From Terracidiphilus sp. (GTDB lineage Bacteria > Acidobacteriota > Terriglobia > Terriglobales > Acidobacteriaceae): a DNA stretch of 64,000 nt. This document shows, in pieces, positions 57,134 to 64,000 of the stretch. A program made the translations under genes and the position numbers. Within the stretch, counting starts at the first letter, position 1, and every line of letters starts with the position of its first letter. The stretch is from contig DATJNF010000052.1 of NCBI GenBank assembly GCA_035508375.1, positions 15,144-79,143 on the forward strand, written 5' to 3'. Under the pieces are notes generated by a model that saw only the letters and a list, made by a program, of their open reading frames with translations, was not told the DNA's origin and made no database searches.

Positions 57134-57152
57134 TCCCTTTATTGTATGCGGA

Positions 57153-57671
57153 TCACTTGTGGGAGCCGGGACCCAGAATCCGGTTCGCCTCGAAACTGAC
57201 GATCTTCCAGACGCCGGGAGGTCCTTCCACATAGACGCGGGTGTACCGGTAGCTTCCGGTAATGTTGCCTTCGGCCGTGGTTCCCTGAATGTCGGCTGTA
57301 GACGTTACCAGCGCCGTCGTCCCATAGAACCGGATCTTGCGGTCCGAAACTTCGAGGCTCGTAACGTGCACACGGCCGGAGCGCAGATTGGCCAGCGCCT
57401 CTTCCTTGGTTTGCAGGGTCCCGCTCGGAGTGATTGCCATGTAATTGTCGGCAAGCAGGGCGCTCATTGCTGCGGTGTCTTCTTTGAGCAGCGCGGTCCG
57501 CCACGCCTCTTCGAGATGATCGATTTCATGCCGCCGCTCATGCTTTTGCGCGCGGAGGGTTTCGCCCAGCAGGGATGCTGTAGCAATTCCCACAAGCAGC
57601 ATCACGGAAATGGCCCGGATGGCCCGGAGCCGGAAGAGGATCGTCCATGCGCGGCTTGCTAAACCCCTCAT
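57153..57671 (-). CDS. NTF2-like (DUF4440) exported protein; start uncertain
   Basis: Motifs LEEAWRTA, LLADNY..G..K and YRYTRVY...WKIV. Confidence 0.75.
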   Translation of the reverse strand: MRGLASRAWTILFRLRAIRAISVMLLVGIATASLLGETLRAQKHERRHEIDHLEEAWRTALLKEDTAAMSALLADNYMAITPSGTLQTKEEALANLRSGRVHVTSLEVSDRKIRFYGTTALVTSTADIQGTTAEGNITGSYRYTRVYVEGPPGVWKIVSFEANRILGPGSHK

Positions 57672-57812
57672 AGGCGTATCGGATGGTAGCCTTGAACCGG
57701 GCCGGCGGTCAATGCATTTCAGGCGAAACGGCATCCGCATGGGGCCTGCTGCGATTTCATGGAACCAAGCTGCGCCAGCAGTCACCTTCCCCTGTTGGAC
57801 GGCAAGAGCTCT

Positions 57813-58100
57813 TCAAACGAGAGCAACCAGGTTTTGCAGGTTGCGTTCGCGCATCTTCTGCAGCAGCACGCCCACGCCATATTTTTGAAAATGGGGCGAC
57901 GCACGGTGGGCCGCCAGCGCAGCATCGTCGCGATATTGCTCGTAGATCATTACCGTGTCGGGGTCGTCCTGTACATGGTGGGGAATGTAGCTGACGCAGC
58001 CCGGCTCCTTGCGCGAAGCGTCCGCAAGATGACGGACAATATCGGCAATTTCTTCACGGTCTTCTGGAGCAAATTTGAACCAGACGACAAAACTCACCAT
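57813..58100 (-). CDS. Putative quinol/antibiotic biosynthesis monooxygenase (ABM family)
   Basis: SRKEPGCVSY, YEQYRD and AHRASPHF. Confidence 0.85.
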   Translation of the reverse strand: MVSFVVWFKFAPEDREEIADIVRHLADASRKEPGCVSYIPHHVQDDPDTVMIYEQYRDDAALAAHRASPHFQKYGVGVLLQKMRERNLQNLVALV

Positions 58101-58167
58101 AGATAATCTTCCTTCTCGCCGAAGGTCCGGCAGCGGGAGTTCCTCAAGTGTACCTGGGAGGGCTGAA

Positions 58168-59484
58168 TTACGCGTGAATGCTGTCGAGCGCCTGGGCGAA
58201 TTCGGGCAGCAACATGGTTTGCTCGCGGTCTGGTCCGGTGGACACCATACCGATGCGCACTCCGCTCTCGCGCTCCTGGAAGCGAAGATATTCACGCGCG
58301 GCCTGCGGCAATTTTTCAAACTCCGTAATGCCTTCGGTCGACTCGCGCCAGCCCCTCAGCTTTGTATAGCGCGGCTTGATGCGCTCAAGGCCGTGCACAT
58401 CGGCGGGAATCTCGCCAGTGATTTTGCCATCGATTTCATAGCCGATACAGACTGGGATCTCGTCGAGCTCATCGAGAACGTCGAGCTTGGTGACTACCAG
58501 CCATTCGGCGCCGTTCACCCGGTTGGAGTAGCGCAGCAGCGGAATATCGAGCCAGCCGCACCGCCGCGGACGTCCTGTCACCGCGCCATATTCGCGGCCG
58601 CGCGCCCGCAGGCTGTCGCCCTCCGGACCGAGAATCTCAGTGGGGAACGGCCCTTCGCCCACGCGCGTGACATACGCCTTGGTGACGGAGACCACCGTCC
58701 CGATCGCCGTGGGGCCGAGCCCGGTCCCGATCGACGCTCCGCCGGCCGTTGCCGAAGATGAGGTTACAAACGGGTAGGTGCCGTGATCGATATCCAGCAT
58801 CGTGCCCTGCGCGCCTTCGAACATCACGCTGCCACCCTGCGCAAGAATCTTGCTGAGCACGTGGCCGGTGTCGGCCACAAAGGGGCGTATCTGCTCGGCT
58901 GCTGCAGCGTACTCGTCGTACATTGCCGCGGGATCGAGTGGGTCAGTCCCGAAAAGTGCGTGCGCGATAGCGTTCTTCTCTGCGCAGGCGGCTTCGATAT
59001 GCGTCTTGAGCAGCTCGGGGTTCATCAGGTCGACGATGCGCAGACCGCCCCGCGCCATCTTGTCCTCGTAAGCCGGCCCAATGCCCTTGCTCGTGGTGCC
59101 GATCTTCTGGCGGCCCGGCGCGGTCTCGGCCGCCAGCTCGATCATGCGATGGTAAGGCAGGATCACCTGCGCCCGGTTCGAGACGAAGAGGCGGTCGTCG
59201 ATCGCAACATCCATCGCGCGCACGCGGGCCAGCTCATCGAGGAAGTAGATCGGGTCGAAGACCACGCCGTTGCCGATGACGCACTTGCAGCCCGGCCGCG
59301 GCACGCCGCAGGGAATCAACTGGAGCACGATGCGCTGCCCGCCGATGATGACGGTGTGGCCGGCGTTATGGCCGCCGGCGTAGCGCGCCACGGCGGAAAA
59401 CCGCTCGCTGAGTACGTCCACAATCTTGCCCTTGCCTTCGTCGCCCCATTGAGCGCCCAGCACTACCGCAGTCTTTGCTCGCAT
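58168..59484 (-). CDS. purA: Adenylosuccinate synthetase
   Basis: QWGDEGKGK, GGHNAGHT, EGAQG.LDIDHGTYPFVTSS and TGRPRRCGW; start set at ATG 59484. Confidence 0.97.
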   Translation of the reverse strand: MRAKTAVVLGAQWGDEGKGKIVDVLSERFSAVARYAGGHNAGHTVIIGGQRIVLQLIPCGVPRPGCKCVIGNGVVFDPIYFLDELARVRAMDVAIDDRLFVSNRAQVILPYHRMIELAAETAPGRQKIGTTSKGIGPAYEDKMARGGLRIVDLMNPELLKTHIEAACAEKNAIAHALFGTDPLDPAAMYDEYAAAAEQIRPFVADTGHVLSKILAQGGSVMFEGAQGTMLDIDHGTYPFVTSSSATAGGASIGTGLGPTAIGTVVSVTKAYVTRVGEGPFPTEILGPEGDSLRARGREYGAVTGRPRRCGWLDIPLLRYSNRVNGAEWLVVTKLDVLDELDEIPVCIGYEIDGKITGEIPADVHGLERIKPRYTKLRGWRESTEGITEFEKLPQAAREYLRFQERESGVRIGMVSTGPDREQTMLLPEFAQALDSIHA

Positions 59485-59615
59485 GTCGTCCCGTTTCCGC
59501 AAAACAGCCCGGCACAGCCGGTCAAAAAGCTGGCTGCGCACGGGCGAGAATTTGAACAGCAGGCCCAGCGGGCCCGCGGCCTCTACGATGATAAACCAGG
59601 GGTGGGTTCGACCGC

Positions 59616-59647
59616 TGTTAACCAAATCCCTCGCCACCCGTTGTCTG
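59616..59647 (+). promoter_or_regulatory. Possible ECF-sigma promoter ahead of the ECF operon
   Basis: gttAAC-N16-CGTtgtct about 35 nt before ATG 59678. Confidence 0.35.
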
Positions 59648-59677
59648 AGTAGAAACGCATGGAAGCGAGGGATCGGA

Positions 59678-60589
59678 ATGAAGATTCGCCACGTAGTTTG
59701 CCTCTGGATTCTCTCCGGGTTTATGGCCGCCAGCGGCGCCGCACAGACCCCCTCCGCAGCCCAAGCCCGCCGCGCGGCCGCGGCGCCCGCGCCTCCACCC
59801 AGCGAGCAGGAGATCGCCGATACGCAGGGGCAGTTGCTCAAGCTGCTGCGTATGAGCCCTACACTCACCACCGTGGTTGCGCACGATCCATCCCTGCTCT
59901 CTGACCAGCAATATGTGCAGCGCAACAATCCCGAGCTGGCACAGTTCCTCGCCACGCACCCCGATGTGGCGCAGAATCCAGATTTCTACCTCTTCAGCCA
60001 GCTCGACCCGCGCATGGGCCGCCGCGATCGGGCCCTGGAACGCGCCGTGTGGCCGGAGTTTGGGGAACCTGGCCGCGAACCATCGACCTCTGTCCTGATC
60101 GTCGACAAACTTGGCCCTCTTATTGGAATTCTCTGCTTCACCTTCGCCATCGTGTGGATCGTCCGCCTCTTCGTAGATGGTCACCGCTGGAGCCGCACCT
60201 TCAGGCAGCAAAGCGAGGTGCACTCCCGCCTGATCGACAAGTTCAGCACCAGCCAGGAACTGGCTGCGTATATGGAGACAGAGGCCGGCCGGCGCTTCCT
60301 GGAAGCGGCTCCGGTGCCGATGGGCAGTACGATGAGTTCGCAGATGCCCAACGCCGTCGCCCGCGTGCTCACGCCATTGCAGATCGGCATCGTGCTGGCG
60401 CTTCTGGGTGCGGGCCTGCTGGCGCTGCGCCACGCCGGACCCGACACGTATGAGCCGATGTTCATTCTCGGCATGATCGTGCTGATGCCCGGAATCGGGT
60501 TTATTCTGTCGGCAGCCGTTACGTGGGTGCTGGCCCACCGTCTCGGTCTTTTGCCGGAGAAAGCTTCGGGACCGCGGGAAACGCTGTGA
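59678..60589 (+). CDS. Hypothetical membrane protein, first gene of the ECF sigma operon
   Basis: Signal peptide, periplasmic NPELAQFLATHP segment and three TM segments. Confidence 0.75.
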   Translation: MKIRHVVCLWILSGFMAASGAAQTPSAAQARRAAAAPAPPPSEQEIADTQGQLLKLLRMSPTLTTVVAHDPSLLSDQQYVQRNNPELAQFLATHPDVAQNPDFYLFSQLDPRMGRRDRALERAVWPEFGEPGREPSTSVLIVDKLGPLIGILCFTFAIVWIVRLFVDGHRWSRTFRQQSEVHSRLIDKFSTSQELAAYMETEAGRRFLEAAPVPMGSTMSSQMPNAVARVLTPLQIGIVLALLGAGLLALRHAGPDTYEPMFILGMIVLMPGIGFILSAAVTWVLAHRLGLLPEKASGPRETL

Positions 60590-60592
60590 ACC

Positions 60593-61204
60593 GTGGCCCC
60601 CACCGTGAGAAGGAGACGCATGCCCTGGGAGTTCGCTCTACCGAACACGCTCGCGGCCGAGACGCGCGCCGCCGCACCGCCCATGGATAGCGATGCGTTT
60701 GCGGCGTTCTACGAGCGCTCGGCGCGGCCGCTCTGGGCCTATCTCGCACGTGTCTCCAACGACGGCGCGCTGGCCGAAGATCTGATGCAGGAGAGCTACG
60801 TGCGCTTTCTCTGCGCGGAACATGCGCCTTCGCTCGCAACCGACGGGGAAGTGGCCGCGCGGCTCTATCTTTTCCGTATCGCGACCAACCTGCTGCGGGA
60901 TCACTGGCGCCGTCCGCGCACCGCGTCCATCGATGAGATCTCCGAAGAGTTCTTTGCCGCAAACAGCGGCGCGGCGCAGGCCGAATCGCGGGCCCTGCTC
61001 GGTCCGGCGCTCAAACAGATGAAGCCGCGCGAGCGCCAGCTGCTGTGGCTGGCGCACGCCGAGGGCTACTCCCACCGCGAGATCGCCGGCGTCACCGGTC
61101 TCGCCGCGGCCAGCATCCGGCTGCTGCTCTTTCGTGCGCGGCGCAAGATCGCCAAACATTTGCGCGAGCAGGAAGTGCGCGTTGCGAAGGTGCCGTCATG
61201 CTGA
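60593..61204 (+). CDS. ECF RNA polymerase sigma factor; start may be at 60620 or 60683
   Basis: AEDLMQE, YLFRIATNLLRDHWRR and region 4 EGYSHREIA..LFRARRK. Confidence 0.9.
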   Translation: MAPTVRRRRMPWEFALPNTLAAETRAAAPPMDSDAFAAFYERSARPLWAYLARVSNDGALAEDLMQESYVRFLCAEHAPSLATDGEVAARLYLFRIATNLLRDHWRRPRTASIDEISEEFFAANSGAAQAESRALLGPALKQMKPRERQLLWLAHAEGYSHREIAGVTGLAAASIRLLLFRARRKIAKHLREQEVRVAKVPSC

Positions 61205-61701
61205 GAGGCTGTTCCCGCGAGAAGGAAGTGAACGATCTGGTCGCTCGCGGCCAGTGGCCGCATGCTTCGCCAGAGGAGTTGCGCGATCATGTTCGCAGCT
61301 GCCGCACCTGCTTCGATCTTGCGCTTGTGGCCGCGGAGTTCCAGAGTGCGCGCGCCGAGACAGTCGCTGCCGCCCCGCGAGCGGGGTCTCCAGGCGCTCT
61401 CTGGTGGCGCGCTCAGCTCCGCAGGCGCAATGCGGCAGTCGAGCGCCTTGCCCGGCCGCTGCTTGGCGCGCAAATCTTCGCGCTCGCCATCACCCTGCTG
61501 GCCGCTCTCGGCTTCTTTGGTTACGAAGCCCACAACGGCATCGCCTGGCTTGACTGGCTGGAGGAACTCCCACAGTCAGCAACGCTGGATATTTCGTCCT
61601 CCGGCCTCTTCGGCTCGGCGTGGTTCTGGCTGCTGGCCGCCGCCCTCGCGCTCACGCTTCTGAGCGCAGTAGTCGCGTACCTGGCTGCGGAGCGACGATA
61701 G
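61198..61701 (+). CDS. Zinc-binding anti-sigma factor (ZAS) with two TM segments
   Basis: HVRSCRTC (HxxxCxxC); overlaps the sigma stop codon. Confidence 0.8.
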   Translation: MLRGCSREKEVNDLVARGQWPHASPEELRDHVRSCRTCFDLALVAAEFQSARAETVAAAPRAGSPGALWWRAQLRRRNAAVERLARPLLGAQIFALAITLLAALGFFGYEAHNGIAWLDWLEELPQSATLDISSSGLFGSAWFWLLAAALALTLLSAVVAYLAAERR

Positions 61702-61788
61702 GGCGTCGGTTCGCGAGGGAGATTAACAGGGCCCAATGAAACGTGTGCGTTCCCTCGGCCAATTGAGGCCAAGTACCCATAAGCCCGG

Positions 61789-61877
61789 ATTGCCGATTGC
61801 GGCGCCGCGTCTGCTATAGTGGCTCGGTCACGCAATCGGCAATTTTCGTTAACGCTAACGGAAAGGTCGCCGATTGC
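61789..61877 (+). promoter_or_regulatory. Fucosidase promoter region with repeats and a LacI-like operator
   Basis: TGCTATAGT extended -10 (61812-61820); 12-bp inverted repeat 61789-61800 with 61832-61843; CGTTAACGCTAACG at 61847-61860. Confidence 0.5.
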
Positions 61878-61908
61878 TCACTCATTTACGCGAGCCAAGG
61901 AGATCACG

Positions 61909-63333
61909 ATGGATTGGAACGAGAGCACACGACGGTCATTCTTGAAGCAGTTCGGTGCGGCGGGAGCAATGGCGTTCGCAGCCGCAAATGCCGAGGGATT
62001 GGCACTACCGGGCGCGCAGGTAGCCACGCCCACAGCGGGGGAATCGGCAGCCGATCAAAAACAGGACGCCACCCGCGAGCAGCGCATGCAATGGTGGCAC
62101 GAGGCCAAGTTCGGCATGTTCATCCACTGGGGGCTCTACAGCGTGATCGGGCAGCATGAGTGGGTCAAGGAGCAGGAGGGCGTTCCGATTCCGCAGTACG
62201 AAATTCTCGCCAAGCACTTCAGGCCCAAGCCTAACGCCGCGCGCGACTGGGCGCGGCTGGCCAAGCGCGCCGGCCAGAAGTACATGGTGATGACCACCAA
62301 GCACCACGAAGGCTTTTGCAACTGGGACTCCAAGCTCACCGACTACAACGCCGTACAGCAAGGGCCGGGCCGCGACCTGGTACGCGAGTACGTCGAAGCC
62401 GCGCGCGCCGAGGGCCTTCGCGTGGGCTTTTACTACTCGCTCATGGACTGGCATCACCCCGACGGCGCCAAGTGCAAAACCGATGAAGCCGCGCGCAAGC
62501 GCTTCGTCGAGTACACGCACGGGCTGATCCGCGAGCTGCTCACCAACTACGGCAAGATCGACGTTCTGTGGTACGACGTCTCGTGGCCGCTCACTCCGGA
62601 GGGCTGGGAGTCGGAGCGCATGAACGAGATGGTCTTCGAGCTGCAGCCCGAAATCATCGTGAACAACCGCAACGGGCTGCAGGGTGACTTCTCCACGCCG
62701 GAGCAGCGCATCGAGGCATCGGCCGTGGGCCGCGCCTGGGAATCGTGCATGACGCTCAACAACAGCTGGGGCTTCAATCGCGCCGACGATGCGTGGAAGA
62801 CACCCAAGACCATCGTCGACAACCTGATTACCTGCGCACGCGGAGGTGGTAACTATCTGCTGAACATTGGCCCCATGCCGGATGGCTCCATTCCGCCGGA
62901 AACTACGGAGGTGCTGGAAACGGTGGGCAAGTGGCTCGACACCAACGGCACGGCGATCTATGGCACTGATCGCGGGCAACTGGTGGCGAACGCAAGCTGC
63001 AACTACACCCGCCGCGGCAACACGCTGTATGTCCATGTGCACGGCTGGCCGGGCCACACGCCTGCAGCTGAGTGGCTCGACTTCTACAAACCTGAAGTCG
63101 TGGTGGCCATCGGCGGACTCAAGCCGAAGGCGCTTTCGGCCAAGATCCTCAAGACTGGTCAGAAGGTCGAGTTCACCCAGGATGAATTCAGCTTCCGCCT
63201 GACTGGCATGCCAATGACCGCACCCGATCAGCCCGCCACTGTGATTGAAGTGGAATGCGACGGCGAGCCGATGATCGACCACGCCGCGGAGCGTCCGCTC
63301 TGGCCGAGGTACAAGGTTGGCATCAGTATCTAG
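61909..63333 (+). CDS. Alpha-L-fucosidase (GH29), Tat-exported
   Basis: STRRSFLK twin-arginine signal, KFGMFIHWG, TTKHHEGF, LWYD and GGNYLLNIGP. Confidence 0.92.
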   Translation: MDWNESTRRSFLKQFGAAGAMAFAAANAEGLALPGAQVATPTAGESAADQKQDATREQRMQWWHEAKFGMFIHWGLYSVIGQHEWVKEQEGVPIPQYEILAKHFRPKPNAARDWARLAKRAGQKYMVMTTKHHEGFCNWDSKLTDYNAVQQGPGRDLVREYVEAARAEGLRVGFYYSLMDWHHPDGAKCKTDEAARKRFVEYTHGLIRELLTNYGKIDVLWYDVSWPLTPEGWESERMNEMVFELQPEIIVNNRNGLQGDFSTPEQRIEASAVGRAWESCMTLNNSWGFNRADDAWKTPKTIVDNLITCARGGGNYLLNIGPMPDGSIPPETTEVLETVGKWLDTNGTAIYGTDRGQLVANASCNYTRRGNTLYVHVHGWPGHTPAAEWLDFYKPEVVVAIGGLKPKALSAKILKTGQKVEFTQDEFSFRLTGMPMTAPDQPATVIEVECDGEPMIDHAAERPLWPRYKVGISI

Positions 63334-63360
63334 GCGTTCGCCGAGAGCAGACATCTCGAT

Positions 63361-63396
63361 GCGGAGGGAGGCGGGGTTTCAACCCCCGCATAAAGC
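63361..63396. repeat. REP-like palindromic element between convergent genes
   Basis: gcggagggag-GCGGGG-tttcaac-CCCCGC-ataaagc overlapping the larA stop region. Confidence 0.45.
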
Positions 63397-64000
63397 TACG
63401 CCAGTACCGGCAGGGGCCGTGCATACGTGTACGGCCCTTCGGGCACCAGCAGCACCAGCGCGTCGGGAGGAAGTCCGTTCAACAGCGCCGCGACGGCTTG
63501 ATCGAGATCGCCAAATGTCCGCGGAGCAAGGCTGCCCAGTGCCTCCGGCTCGACGCCAGGCGTGTAGAAAAACAGCTCGTTCTTCACGCCTACCAGCGCC
63601 AGCTTTTCCAGTTGCCACTGATCCACTTCCACGCGGGTCTCGCGAATCTCATCGAGGAAAGCAGTGTGCCCCGGATAATTCCGGATCATGCGCGCGAACT
63701 CGTCTGAGCCGATGCCCTCGGCGCACTCGCCCAGAACCAGAATCCGCCCGCCCGGTTTTACGATATGCTGCGCGGCCGTGATCCCTTTTACGCTTTGATA
63801 AAACGTCATGTCCAGCGGATAGCCCGCCGCCGATGTGATCACAGCGTCAGCCAGGCCGGGCACCGGCGCCGTCGAAGTTGTCTCGAGAAAACGGACCGCC
63901 GCCGCATGCGCCTCAACGGGATTGCCTGCGAAGACGCCTGAGATCTCGCGCTCGCGTGTCAGCGTCACATCGAGGATAAAGTCATGCCGCGCCATCGCGG
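63396..64000 (-). CDS. larA: Nickel-pincer lactate racemase (LarA) family, C-terminal part; N-terminus outside the window
   Basis: DFILDVTL...GVFAG..AH, ADAVITSAAGYPLD.TFYQ.VKG, ECAEG.GS and DQWQ. Confidence 0.8.
   Translation of the reverse strand, partial: AMARHDFILDVTLTREREISGVFAGNPVEAHAAAVRFLETTSTAPVPGLADAVITSAAGYPLDMTFYQSVKGITAAQHIVKPGGRILVLGECAEGIGSDEFARMIRNYPGHTAFLDEIRETRVEVDQWQLEKLALVGVKNELFFYTPGVEPEALGSLAPRTFGDLDQAVAALLNGLPPDALVLLVPEGPYTYARPLPVLA

Noticed and set aside
59485-59955. Apparent 157-aa N-terminal extension of PurA in the ORF track
   Set aside because: It overlaps the divergent membrane-protein gene; the PurA motif begins right after ATG 59484.
1-64000. Prophage, IS or integrative element
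   Set aside because: No integrase, transposase or phage structural gene was recognised; the two TA pairs are isolated small modules.

Overview
A GC-rich bacterial chromosomal window with core housekeeping genes mixed with accessory genes. The gene content, REP-like palindromes and the protein families present suggest Acidobacteriota (Acidobacteriaceae-like); this is an inference. Housekeeping genes: aspS (cut by the window edge), hisS, rpsU, purD, miaA, lpdA, thrS, a cold-shock gene, galK, pabB/C, mutM, purA and a larA-family gene (cut by the edge). Accessory genes: two type II toxin-antitoxin pairs (ParDE-like and PrlF/YhaV), two convergent alpha-glucan phosphorylases, an MdtABC-type RND pump, a PP2C/anti-sigma/STAS partner-switch trio, an ECF sigma operon, and GH67 and GH29 glycosidases. 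I saw no rRNA, tRNA, CRISPR array or transposase. Most notable candidates: (1) a glycogen phosphorylase fused to a PtsP/EI-Ntr-like GAF domain; (2) an Ig-fold surface protein whose last domain appears split by a TM hairpin with an internal lipobox, suggesting a novel anchoring route; (3) a sigma54/IHF-driven ~215-nt sRNA candidate next to a gene with a ~540-nt leader that encodes an Arg-rich disordered region plus an atypical receiver domain; (4) a vasohibin-like Cys-His-Ser hydrolase; (5) an SPFH plus helical-partner module; (6) a frameshifted FGE-domain gene. All calls come from reading motifs by eye; no database searches were run.
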